A stretch of 64,000 nucleotides of DNA, taken from positions 16,423,866 to 16,487,865 of the forward strand of contig JAUZTB010000069.1 in the NCBI GenBank assembly GCA_034780895.1, in the 5' to 3' direction. This stretch comes from Rhynchobatus australiae (lineage: Eukaryota). Every line of letters begins with the position of its first letter. Positions within the stretch are counted from its first letter, which is position 1. The notes under the pieces are model-generated. The model was not told the DNA's origin. It searched no databases and worked only from the letters and a program-made list of their open reading frames with translations. This document shows, piece by piece, positions 28,525-41,344 of this stretch. The translations under genes and the position numbers were made by a program.

Positions 28525-30310
28525 AAACATCAGGAATGATTTGAATAATTAATGTCACTCTTTACCCTTATTCTCAATGAGGATGGACATTGGTGCATCT
28601 TGAGATTCTCCCATCAACCGTTTGAAACCTGGCTGAAGCTGCTCCAGGGGATCAGAAGCCATCAAACTTCCTGAATTCTGATCTTTGTGCCCCAGAAAAG
28701 ATAACGTTCAAAACTGCCTACCTTGACCATCTTCCCAGTACCAAGCTTTAATTTGTGTATTATCACCAATGAAAAGTCAAGGATTGCAATGAACCAAATG
28801 ACTTTGCCAACAGTTCGTCAAGTCAAAATGACAAGTAGAGAAGTTTCCAGTCAGGACCTGTGCTGTGCCAATTTTCTCTGCAATGCTCATCTCTGAGAGG
28901 CAGGTGATGATGGAGTGACACCCCAGAGACCAAGTTCAAATCCCTCCAGGGCAAATTGGAAAACTAAATTTAACACAATTGGTAACACGTGGGTTACCAT
29001 TAGAAAATGATAAATGAAACCCAAACTGGCTCATTAAATCTCTGACAGAAGGGAACCTGCCATTGCACCTGGTCTGGTGTAAAGGTGACATCAGTCCTCC
29101 AGTGACCACTTCATGGATGAATTAATACCATCAGGTTAAAAGAGAAGCTACAAAGCTAGAACTGTAAGTTATATGCTCATCAACACTGGATCAATAGTGA
29201 TCAAATCAGACAATTTGGACCATACATGTCATAACAGATTCCCACTAACAATTTAGTTCCTATGTACAACAGTCCAGAATCCCACATAAATTATAAACTG
29301 TGGCCTACACACAAGAATGATTACAGATATCTAGAAACCAAATCACTGGATTTTGCAGCCTTGCATGCAGTTGCCTTGACACAAAACCAAGTTGTACATT
29401 TAAATCTGTTAAAAGAAAATGCTCTCAGTTCTTAAGAAGCAAAGCGTCCTCACTGGGACGCTGGAGGTCCTACCGAGCTCTAGCCCTGGATGCATCAAGC
29501 CAGCAAGAATGGCCTCTGCACTTGTTAAGTACAGGGCTGGGGTAATACATCATGGGATTTTTTTGCAATGAAACCAGGTCAGTAAGAATTAGTCAAATTT
29601 TTTTGAGCACTGGTAAGTGTTGAAATAAAGTGAAAGACAAACTAACCAATGCAAAATGACAATTATTTACATATTCTGGTTACCCATTGAAGATTCTACC
29701 TCAACTCCCAAAGAGCTGTCCTGAAATTAGAAGTAAAATAAAGGCAGATTTGGTTCTTTATGTTGGCCCAGCCATTTGACTGCCATTGCGATGGAGGTAT
29801 AATAAAAAAAGTTCTTAGAACAAGGCACAAGGAAACCCTTGCAACCAGTAAATAACGTGATTGGAGCTCACCTTTTAATGGATTCCTTGAGGGTGGTAGG
29901 GAGATCAGGAAGCTATAAAGATGCCTCATTCAACCACTTATTGCTTTCCCTACTCACCATCATCATGGATACTCCCCCAGTTGTCCTCTCACCTGATCTG
30001 AGCTACAATATCAGAATATACCCTACATGTGAGGCACAGTGCTCAGGCAGCCTCTAATGCCCATTCTACACACAAGACTCTATTCATAATGCTGTCTCTA
30101 TAATAATCAAATGTTGGCACCAATGAGCTTCAAAGCTTAAAAGCTGCAGCATTACAGAAGCTACTTAAATATCCCCCAAAATCAGTGGCACAATTAGACC
30201 CAGAACCACTGATCAATCACAATTTCATCTAAATGGCATTTTTTTTCCATTAAAGGACACTGAGTTCAGGGGCAGTACTCCATACTAAGTGAAGCAACAG
30301 AAATTGTATC

Positions 30311-30515
30311 CGAGCAAAAAACAAACTGCTGGAGAAACTCAGTGGGTCAGGCAGCATCTGCGGAAGAAAATAGACAGTCGACATCTCAGGTCAAGACCCT
30401 TCATCTGAAGGGAACGTCAACTGTCCATTTCCCTCCACAGATGCTGCCTGACTCACTGAGTTCCTCCAGCAACTTGGTTTTTTTGCTCCAGATTCCAGCA
30501 TCTGTAGTCTCATGT
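30311..30515. mobile_element. Palindromic (fold-back) element built from the gctgga..actcag..ggtcaggcagcatctg terminal repeat
   Basis: Arm gagcaaaaaacaaactgctggagaaactcagtgggtcaggcagcatctg pairs with arm cagatgctgcctgactcactgagttcctccagcaacttggttttttgctc. Confidence 0.75.
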
Positions 30516-30849
30516 CTCTAGAAATTGTTCCTGATTTGGTTGGCTAAGCTAAAATCTGCCTTCACTTTGCAAATTACTGTTGACATTTACTTCCCTGTTA
30601 TGTTTGCACAATATTGTCTCAACATTTACAGTTACAGACCTCTTAGTGAAAGCGCAGCCAATTACTTCACTGTTTCTGCTTTCCTGTACTATTCTGAGTC
30701 TCACCTTCACTGCCAATGCACAAAAAAGCGTACCCACCCACAGTTTGGATGGGAATGCTTCAATTCCTTTGGAATCACAATTTAGCAGTTCTGGCATGAG
30801 ACAGAGGTCAATGGAGTTTTACAGTTGGGACTTCAGCACTAGTACTGCA

Positions 30850-32650
30850 GTCTACTTCTCTTTTGTCTTCTTCCGAAGTCCCTCATGGTCAAGGAAGAAT
30901 TGCTTCCACTCCAGTTCTGCGGGAACCAAAACGGTTGTTTGACCAGGCCTTCTCACAGGCAAGGCAGGGGATACATGATCAGTGGGTGGATGGGTAGTTT
31001 GGGAGTCCTTTTCCTTTCACAAGTGGCCTCCACTTGCTCTTGGTGTGGAAAGTCAAGTGTGCTCCTATGGGTTGCTTCTCTATTCTGCAGTCAGGGACCA
31101 GGGATTCCCACGAGCCAGTCAACAAGGAGATGATAAATTTTCCCTTGAAGAATCCTCTGTCCTCTAGGAAATCTCTTTCCTGGTAAAACTGCTCATCTTG
31201 GGAGTGCTGTTGACTATGTGGCCCAACCACTGGACTGGTCGAGCACAACTGAGCCTCAGTAATGGGAATGTTAACCTAGGAGAGGCAATCAATTTGGGGG
31301 ATTTTGCAGAGACAGCATTGACATATTTATCCAGTGTTTTAGTATATGTTACCCAGGACTCCCAAGCATACAGGAGGGCAGGGACAACTGCTGCTCAGCA
31401 AGCCACAAGCTAGGCGCTGAGCTTTATAGCCATGGTCTTCACAAATATCCCTTTCCTCAACTGAGCAGAAAATGCTGTAGTACTCAGGAGTCAACCTTTT
31501 TGGTTAACGGCCTTTCATTAGAATTGGAAAAGTAAGAAAACAAGTGTTTTAAGATGCAGAAAACCAGAGAGTAGAAAACAGAGAGAATGAACAACTTCAA
31601 GTAACCAGTTTCCTGTTTTGTTCCAGATTTCCAATGTTTGCAGATTTTTTGCTCCAACCCTTTCTTCACTGGTCCAAAGGTTTTGCTGACACACACACTG
31701 GTGGTGACTTTTATCAATGGCTGCCTTCCCCAAATAGCAAATCTAGATATATGAATATCCATCAATTATCAAGTTAGTTATAATCTTAGCTATGGAGTCG
31801 AGCTGAAGACAGCTTCTTTTCTTGCCAGCTCTGCAGATTAACTCCACTCCAGCCACAACCAAGTTGGTGGCTAGATCCACTATTTCTACACAATAGAGAA
31901 ATAGATTGAGGCAATGATCATAGTCTGTACTGGGTATGGGTCTGTGGTGGACCCATTGGTTAGGATCTTTGCTCGCATGCAGAACGATAATGAATTTCTA
32001 TGGAAGGTCAAATGTGACAAAGGGTTCACCATAAACCCTGTAATTGGCAGCCTCGAAGGTTTTTGTGAACTTGAAAAAGACCAGGTACAGTGGTTGGTGT
32101 TGATCTCTATACTTTTTTTGGGTTTGTTGCATGGTTAAGATCATGCTCAAGATCATGCTCACTGCAACTCTGGCTGGGCAGAATCCACACAGTGACACTG
32201 AGAGGAGCTCTTTGACCATTGGGAGTAGGCATTTGAGGAGGATCCTTGCAGTGACTTTCCCAGGGCAGAGAGCAGGATTAGAATCTGTAATGACCACAAT
32301 CAAATGTGTCTCTGTTCTTGAAGACATTCATAATTAGTATGTGCGAGATCCACAGCATGCTCTCCTCTACCTAGATGAGGGAGACAAAGTTATGAATTCA
32401 TGCCAGAAGTACTTCCAAGTTTTACTACTAGCAGGGATTTCATCTGATCTCAAGGCCTTGAAGGTTTTCAGCTACTGAAAGGCATTTTCACCGTGTTGCT
32501 TGTCTGGGTAGTGCCAAGAACTTGGAAGTGCTTCTTTCAGGGGAGTCTGATTATATCTCTATTTTTAATAAGCTTTCTTCTGTTCTTGAACATCAGTGGG
32601 GAGCTTTGGGTGTTTGGCCATCACAGTAGAAGCACCGACTGAACGAGGCA
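30850..32650 (-). mobile_element. Degenerate RTE-like LINE (RT region to 3' end)
   Basis: GKVTARILL...SLCGFCP...QKKYRDQHQPLYLVFFKFTKTF resembles RTE RT (GKVLARILL..QCGFRP..QEKCREQ..LY..F.DLTKAF); 3' tail agaactggagtggaagcaa..gagggact..gaagaaga at ~30860-30920. Confidence 0.75.
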
Positions 32651-35539
32651 CTTCACAGACCATGAGCTTTGATTTTTTTTTGTTCTAATTGTGTTCTTTG
32701 TTGTAAAAATTGTGTTTAATTTATGCTTTTCTTTGGAATGCTATGTGCCTGTGATGCTGCTGCAAGTAAGTTTTTCATTGCACCTGTGCATATGACAATA
32801 AACTCAACTTTGACTTTGTCACTGTAAGATTTAGCCTGGTACAGAATACGATCCCTCAAGCAGCAAAGGTCCCTCAATCCCTCGAAGATGTAGTTTTAGG
32901 GGGAAAAAAATCAGAAACAGAGAACTTAACCTTTTCCCAAAAATGTTATCTCATGAAGATGGGAGAAATAGTCCATCTCGTCTTTCCTTATAATGTAGGT
33001 TAAAAGGATGAGACAATAAAAACTTTTCAGAAGAACAATAATTCAATTAAGACTGACACAAACCTTTGGTAGAGGAAGTACTGAACAGAATTAGAGTTGA
33101 GTGCTTCAGGAATAATTTTCTACAGAGCATCTTTTACACTAGAGCACAGAAGGCAGCTGTTTAGTCCACTAAATCCACACCTGCTCTCTGTACAGCAACC
33201 CCCTCAGTCCCAATCCCATACTCTTTCTTTGTAATCATGCAAATCATTTTCCATCATCTTCAATTCTACCTTTAAAGTCCTGATTGACTCAGTTTCTTTC
33301 AAACAGACAGGAAGATCCAGGTCATTAACATTCTCTACACAGGAAGCTTTCTCCCTCCATCCCTCTGTATTCTTTGAATCTATGTTCTCTGGTTCTTGAA
33401 CCACACTGTAAAGGGAAAGGCTTACCCATCTAAATGACATGGTTTCGTGCACTTCTATCAAATTTCCTCTCAACCTTAATTTGCTCGAAGGAGAACCACT
33501 CCAGCTTGTCCAACAGCAGACATCTGGAATATCCCCCCCCTCTCCAAACAAAAAATATTNNNNNNNNNNNNNNNNNNNNNTTCAAATGAGGTTGACATTG
33601 ATATAATTGAGTACAGATACAGTTGATATAGTTGAGCAAGGATATTCAAGAAAAGCAGAGGTTACTACACAGGTCAGCCCTGATCTAATGTGACATCAGA
33701 TGCGTCTTGTTCTGTCCCTATAAAATGGACTGGAATCATCAAATGGGGGAGACGGGACTCCGGTGAATTGCATGATCTGAAGTATGCTTACACCAGACTT
33801 CATGCCTGTAATTGGGTACATGGCACCCAATGCCATGACTGCAAGGACAAACATATTCTTTTTGGGATTGTTTCCCCATATGTCTTATGGATTGTATGGT
33901 TAAAGCATACCGCTGCCATGAAGATCTTTCCCAGCACAGACTTGGCCCTTTGCTGAAACTGTGACACATATCAGGATGAAGGCTTCAGAATAGAGTTCCT
34001 GGAAAAGGCTTACCACAATCAACTGCTGCCACACAATATACAGTTAACTGAATCACCAAGGCAGGAAATGCTGGATGGGACAGCAAGAGAGGCAGGAAAG
34101 TACTTAATCAGTAGCACTTAATGAGAGATCAGAATTCTCTGGATTTTAACCATCATTTGGAGTATCACACTGAATTACTGCCTGCAGCTTCCAACCAGAC
34201 TCTCCAATGCTGCCCAAAACAAGTTCAACAGGCACTTATAACTCATGATGGATTGTGCCTTTCATAATCCCAGGATGCTCAAGATACCGTACAGTCAATG
34301 AAACCATGTACTCAGTATGTAATGTAGTAAACACAGCCGCCAATTTGTACACATCAAGCTCCTTTAGACAACGATGAGATAACGACAAGATAACTTGATC
34401 TTGTTTAGTTACATCAACTAAGGAATAAATATTAATCAGGATACTATGGACAACTCCACTCTACTATAAAATGGTGCCTGGGAATCTTATCTATCTACTT
34501 AGCAGAGCAGGTAGGCTCTTGGTTGAATGTCCAATCAAAAAGATGACATCGCTGACAACACAGCACCTGAAAATAAAAAAAAACAAAGCCTGGAAATCTA
34601 AAATAAAAGCAGAAAATGCTGATAATACTCAGCATGTCAGGCTGCATCTGTAGGAAAAGAAACAGAACTAGCGTTTCAGGTTAAAGACCCCTCATCAGAA
34701 GATATTTGAGCACTCAAGTTTGTGCACAATTCCCTGGACTGGAGCTTTAACTCATATCCCTCTCACTGGTGAAAGTGACAGCTCATGACTGATACAACAT
34801 CAGTTTGAGTGCAAAGGCTATCTTGAAGAAACTAGGAGCATTACTAGCATCCAGCAAGTCTCATCTCCAAGCCAGGGGAATGGAACATCAATCCCTATTC
34901 AAGTCATCAATCAGCACAGATACTGTGAGGTTGCTCCACAGTCAAAGATAATTCATGTAAAACATTAAACCAAGGTCCCATATAGGTACTCCAGCTATTC
35001 TGGGAGCAGTGTGTGATCAAGAGCAGGACAGCACAGAACAGTGGCACTGTTCCAAACACCCAAGTTCAATTCTGACCTCAAATGCTGTCTTGGTGGAGTC
35101 TGCATCATCTCCCAGTAACTACATGGGTTTTCCCAGTGCTCTGTTGCTTCCCACACCCCAAAGTCAAAATGGTTTCTACGTTAAGTGGAGTTTAAGTTCT
35201 GCCTCACAAGGAATCAGAGGTTGGAGAGACTAGTGAGCACATGTGAGGCAATGGGTAAGAGGGAAATGAGGGTGAATGGGATGGCCTCAAGAGCTGGCAC
35301 AGACTTGATGGGCCAAAAGCCCCATATCACCAGAAACCATGGAACAGCTTGTCTTAAACTATCCCCCTTTACTATCAGCAAAAACAGATGAACTGATCAT
35401 GAACATCAGCATTATTCCTATCTTAGGGTGAAAACAATGCAAATTGCAGCGAAAGCCTGATGTATTAGTATAGTAACTGCAGGCAAGGGCTAAAGACCTT
35501 AACTCAAGCAACAGCAAACAGGATACAATAAAAACCTAG

Positions 35540-36800
35540 CAAACAGAAACAAAGACAAGCTATTTGGCACCTGGTGCCTGCTGTTCTTGGCCTCAGTTCC
35601 ACTTTCCTTTCTGTTCTCCTACAGATCAAAAATCTATCCTGGCTTTCAGCATTCTCAGTTGCAGCTCTCTGGAGTGGAGAATTCCAAAGATTCATGAGTC
35701 TTTAGCCTAGGTTGACAGGAGGCAGCAACAACTGTTAAACTCCTGGCCAAAGGTTGTGGGAGTCTAGCTAAAAGAAATTCCTCCTCATCAGTCTGAAATG
35801 GGCAGCCCCTTACTCTGAAACTAAGCTTCCTTGTTTTAGATTCTCCTGTGAGGGAAAATATCTTCTCAGCATCTCTCCTATCAAACCCCCTCAGAATCTT
35901 TTATGCTACAATAAGATTGCTTCCATTCTCCTAAATTCCAATGAGTATAGGTCAAACCTGCTCAATCACTCCTCATAAGATAACCCTTTATTCCAAGTCA
36001 ACCTACTCAAGACTACCCCCAATGTCAGTACATAGCTTCTTAAATAAGGAGAGCAAAAACATATGGCATGCTCCAAGTATGGCCTCACCAAACCCTGTAA
36101 AGTTTTATCAAGATCTTCCTACTTTTATACTCCATCCCCTTTATAATAAAGGCCAACTTTCTTAATTACTTGCTCAATTTGTATGCTATCCTTGTTGTAC
36201 ATGCAATCAAAGGACACCCTCTATACCACACCACAATTTCTGCATTTCTACTCTTCCTATCAAACGTCAAATTTTTAATTACACTCTACCAAACTTTGGC
36301 ACTCGTGTTTAATTTTATTTTGCTTCACAACCTTCTGATGCTCTCCTCACGAAGTGCTTTTCCACCCAGTTTTATCATCAGCAAATTTGGCTACAATACA
36401 CCCAGTCCTTTCACCCAGATTATAGATAACTGAAGCAGCACTGATCCCTGTGGCACCCCACAAGTTGCAGCCTACCAACCTAAAAATGATCCAATTGCAA
36501 TGACTCTATGTTAATTAGCCTTTCTTATATCCAAGTCAATAACATAATGCTAACCTCATGCAACTCTTACCTTATGCATTTCACGTGGGACACTATTAAG
36601 TGACCTTTGGGAATCTAAATACAATACATCATATGTCCCCCTTATGTTACATTCTCAAAGAAATCTAATAAATTTATCAACTCTAATTTATTTTTCATAA
36701 AATGATGTTCAATTTACTTAGTCCCGTCATGATTTTCTAAATAGCCTGCTACTTTATCCTAATAACGTATTCCAGCAATTTCCAACAACAGGCATCAGGC
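35540..36800 (-). mobile_element. Degenerate CR1-clade LINE fragment
   Basis: Reverse-complement CR1-like blocks (gagaattccaaagattca, agcactgatccctgtggcacccc, tcagcaaatttggctaca); limits approximate. Confidence 0.6.
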
Positions 36801-39180
36801 TAACTACTNNNNNNNNNNGCTTTGTGGTTCTCTCCAAAAGGAGCACTATTCCCATTCCTATGCCAACTAACTACCAGAGAACCAAATAAATACCTTGCTG
36901 AAAGACAGAACTAAACACATTAAATCTTTTATCACAAAATCCTGAACCCACCTCAAAAGGCAAAGCCAACCATCCCCCACAATGGGTTGAAAGTAAACCA
37001 GATGCCACCCATATCCCCCCCCCCCCATACCCCTACTGAGAATGAAGTGGGACACACCCAGGTTGAGGGTAAGTCAGGCAAGCTCTCCTGACAAAGGGGA
37101 AACCAGGCACACCTCTCCTGGGCCAGTGGTAAAAAAGANNNNNNNCACCAAAGTCAAGAATAAATGAGACTGCCACCAGACACCTTCTTTCTCACATAAG
37201 AGGCAAACCAGACCCCTCCTTTCCCACCCCACCCCACCAATCCATAGTCAAGAGTAAACGAGATACCCCCTAACTCAGAATGAGGATAAACCAGATGTCC
37301 TGCTCCCACCAAACTTGTAAATGATAAATCAACAGACCATCTTCCCAGGTTCAAGGGTAAATTGAATGTGCACAGTTTCATGTTATGGATAAACAATGTG
37401 CCCCCAGTCAAGATCGAACCAATGGAGTCAGCTTCAGATTAGGACAAATTAGGGTGGTGGGAAACTAGGCATCTGCATTTGTCCAGGGTTAGGGGCACAC
37501 ATCCTGAAGTCCCACATCCTCCCAGAGTCAGTGGATGCCCAGTGCAAGGATGAATAAGACATCCCTCTGACCCCAGGTTTGAATGTAGACTGGACACACC
37601 TCCCACCCTGAATTTGAGATTTATAAAAAGACACCTTCCCATTGTAAATGCAAGCTAGACTCTCACCAACACTGGGCAATTGCTACTTCCCGTCATCCTA
37701 GGCTAACGGTAAACTAAATTACCCCTACCAGCTAAGGGTAAACCAGATGACCACTTATCCCTGATCAAATGCAAGCTAGAAGTCCACCACTTTACATCAT
37801 GGCTACAAGAGGTGCCCTCCAAACCAGATGCTCCTCCTTGCCCTTGCTCAGAGGTATATGGATGCCCACAATCACTATTGATGGTTGTCAAAATGCTCAG
37901 CAACCCCCACCTCCGCCATGTCAAATTAGATACCCTCCGATCCTGGACTCAAGAGTAAACCCATCGCTGGTCCACAGCACATCACACACTCACCATTTCT
38001 GGCAAAGGGTATACCACACTACCCCCAGTCAAGACTAATGGTACATGAGAATGAACCACCTCACCCCCCCCCCCCGCTGGGTTGCAGACACACCAAAATG
38101 CCCCACCATTGGGTAAAAGTCACCAGGTTAGCCTGTTATGGGTACAGATACATGATGTATCTCAAACTGAGAGTACACTGTACCACCCCAGCATAGGATA
38201 CGCCAAGGCGACCCCCATCTCAGATCCAGGGTACACCAGACGATTCCCATCTCGGAGTGAACATAAATCAGACACCTCCCTCCGGAGTTAATGAAAACAC
38301 TGTTGTAAGATTAACCCTGACGAGTCCAAATCCCCAAGTTCCATGGTCAAGTATAAGGTGAGCACACCTTTCCCTCCCATTCCCATCATACAAAGTGCAC
38401 AAGGTCCTCAATTGGTAAACTAGACACCCCCCTCCTACCAAAATATACAGTAGGTACCTTCTCCTGGATTGAGGGTAAACCAAACCAATTCCCAACCTTG
38501 TTTGATGGTAACACGGCTAACCAACCACACCGGTCACCAAGAGGGAAGCAAACATCACCGCATCCCGGTGCAGATTCAACCAGACACCCGCACTCCAAGG
38601 ATTCACCAGACGGCGCCTAATCTCCCAGTGTAAACAAAACACCGCCTCCCAAACCCCCCCCACCCGGGTCACCATCATTCCCCAGCCCCGTCACCATCAT
38701 CACCCCTATCGCTCCAGAATAAACCAAACACCCCCCTCCCACCCCAGGTCAAAAGACAACCCCCCCCCCGAACGGGAGCTCGCCCCTTCCTCCCTCCCGG
38801 GACGCTCCGACCCCGCAGGGTTGCAGTGGGAGGCAGGGAATGGGAGGTCCCAGGCCCCCAGGAAGGTGAACCCTGGACCGGATCGGGAGGAGGGCCGGGC
38901 TGGGAACCCCCCCCAGGGTTTAAGGTGAACCCCCCGCCGGGTCCGGGATGCACAACCGGTGCCCCGGGCCAGCGACTCGCCTCGGGGTCAGGCCGGCCCG
39001 CAGCGGCCCTGTCCGCCCGGGGGTCCACCGACAGGACCCAGCGGTCGGCCCGGTGTCCACAGCCGCCCTCCGCTCTACCCAGCCCGGGATATCAGGAGGG
39101 AAAGGGGCCGACTGTCCGCTGCCTGGGTCCCGGGACCTCCCCCCGCCCTCGCTGCTCCGTTTTGTGGGGAATCGGAGGCA

Positions 39181-39191
39181 AAGATGGCGGC
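39181..39191 (+). promoter_or_regulatory. YY1 consensus site AAGATGGCGGC at the start of intron 1
   Basis: Exact match to the YY1 consensus about 65 nt downstream of the exon 1 donor. Confidence 0.55.
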
Positions 39192-39255
39192 CGGATGCCG
39201 CCGGGAACAAAGCGGGAGAAAACCTCGGGATCGGAACCACGAAAAGGCCCTTTAC

Positions 39256-39440
39256 CTCAGAAATACCGACCTCGGCTCGTTCCCAGGGCTTCCTCGGCCT
39301 CAACTGCAGCAGGAAACGGGGATCGGTGCCGAACTACAGCCCGATGGAGGCGGATGGAGAAGGATCCGGGGCCTAAGCAAAAGGATTGAAAAGAATCCGA
39401 CTCCGGCCTCGTAAACCGGGCTCAGAGACTGAGCCTCCGC
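39256..39440 (-). other. PRRC2B: PRRC2B non-coding exon 1 (5' UTR); TSS approximate
   Basis: Strong donor TTTCTGAG|GTAAAG on the minus strand (intron begins 39255) inside the CpG island; no ATG seen in the exon; the only CpG island upstream of the ATG exon. Confidence 0.7.
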
Positions 39441-39682
39441 GCCGGGACGGCGCCTGCCGACGGCCCCCGGAACTGCAGGCAGGGAAACGGCGCCGGGGTG
39501 GCACCTGGTGGCAACACAGGGAACTGCACCCAGGGAAACGGCGCCTAGTGGCAACACAAAGAACTGCACCCAGGGAAACGGCGCCGGGGCGGCACCTGGT
39601 GGCAACATAAAGATCTGCAGCTAAGGAATCAACACTGAGGCGGCACCTGGCGGCTGTACAGAGAGTTCTACCTGGGAAACAG
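39440..39682 (-). repeat. Tandem array of ~51-bp GC-rich units (cluster 1) abutting the PRRC2B promoter
   Basis: agggaaacggcgccggggYggcacctggtggcaacacagggaactgcaccc repeated about 5 times with one shortened unit; agggaaac at 39481 and 39532 gives the period. Confidence 0.85.
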
Positions 39683-41344
39683 TAAATGATTTTTTTTAAA
39701 CTGCAGGCAGAAAATCTGAAATAAAAACAGAAAAAGCTCAGCAGGACAGCCAACATCCGAAAAAAGAACATCAGAATTAGCGTGTCAGGTCTGAGGCCTT
39801 TCGTCAGAACTGAAAAACAGAGAAAACGAGTTAGTTTTCAGAAGCAGAGAAGATGGTTACAACAAAGGGAATGTATATGCCCTGCTCTGTATCTCTTGAT
39901 ATATTTCAAAAAGAGAACAAAAATAAAGTATCAGAGTAAACTTACATGGAGTGTAAGAACAGACTGTGAAAGATTCTACAAGTGTGTAAGAAATGTGAAG
40001 AAATTTAGGCCCCTTGGTTTGAAATGAAGCATGAAACCTCTTTGCATCCTCATAACTATTCACGTTCCCACCTGAGTCAGCAGCAGACTCAGAAATGTTA
40101 CATTTCAACCAAATTGAATTCTGAACAGTCAGATCTCTATTCCCAGCTCATCACATGTGGAGATCGCATTTTTCCTAATCTTTGTTTTCTATGTTAACCA
40201 GCATTCAAATCATGCTAGGATGTTACCCCCAAAGCCACGTGCTGTCACTTACTTGAGTAATGGGACCTTATCAATAAACTACTGAAAATCCAAATGCACC
40301 ACATCCACTGGTTCCCATCCACTCCACCTGTACATCCTCAAAGAACTCCAGTACAGTAGCTGAACATTATTTCCCTTTCATTCATCCATATTGACTATGA
40401 TCAATGATCATTTTACTTTCTAAATGTCTGTTTCAGGCTCATTAATTTCTCTATAGTAACACTAATTTCTTTAACTTCCTCATTTGCACTGACATTTTAT
40501 TCTTCAGTACTTCTGAAATTTTTTGTATCATTTTCCATGAAGGCAGATACAATGCATCAGTTTAATTCCTCTGCTGTTTAGTCATTCTCCATTAGAAATT
40601 ATCCCATTTCCATCTTTAAGGATTCTGCATTTGCTCTTGCTGGTCTTTACTTTTATCAATGCCTACAGAAGCTCTTACCAATTTTTTTTGTTGCTAGTTT
40701 ACTCTTTCTTTATCAATTTCTTGATCATCCTTTACTGAATTCCAAAATGCTCCCACTCCACAGGCCTATCACATCCAGAGAAACAGTGCCAGAGCAGCAC
40801 CTGTGGTGGTACATGGAACTGAGCCCAGGGAAACAACAGCAGGTTGACAATTGGCAGAAGTTCAAGGACCTGCAATAAAAAACGAAAGTACTGGAGATCC
40901 TCGGCAGGTCAGGCAGCATCTGTGGAAAGACAACAGAATAAATGTCTCAGATCGATGACTTTTCATCAGAACTGGAAAAATGAGAAAAACAAAAATGTTA
41001 CAAGTTGCCAAGAGCAGAAGAGGTGAAGAAAATAATGAGAATGTGGTAGGGTGGAGATCAAGGTTGTCCAGGTGCAGGAATGCCATTGGCACTCGGCAAG
41101 AGAGTGTGACAAATGCATGTAAATCAATGCTGAGCCGTCTGGAGAAGTGCAAGTAGAGAGAGATGAATGAGGGCAGTGGAAAGAAATGAAATGTTGGAAC
41201 TGTGATGTGCAGAACATGGACCAGTCATCAAACTCTGATTCACTCTGCACTGATGCTGCTTAATCTGCTGAGGATTTCTAACATGTTCTGTTTTTATTTC
41301 CTTTGTTCATTTTCTGTAGAGTATTTTTTTCTTGAATTAGAAAG

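Larger units (their letters stand above)
38750..39660. promoter_or_regulatory. CpG island / PRRC2B promoter region
   Basis: Sharp rise in GC and CpG density in an otherwise CpG-poor window; overlaps the putative first exon; boundaries approximate. Confidence 0.85.

Noticed and set aside
38675-39771. Several overlapping 100-190 aa ORFs in the CpG island
   Set aside because: Expected from stop-codon scarcity in GC-rich and repeated DNA; no recognisable protein.
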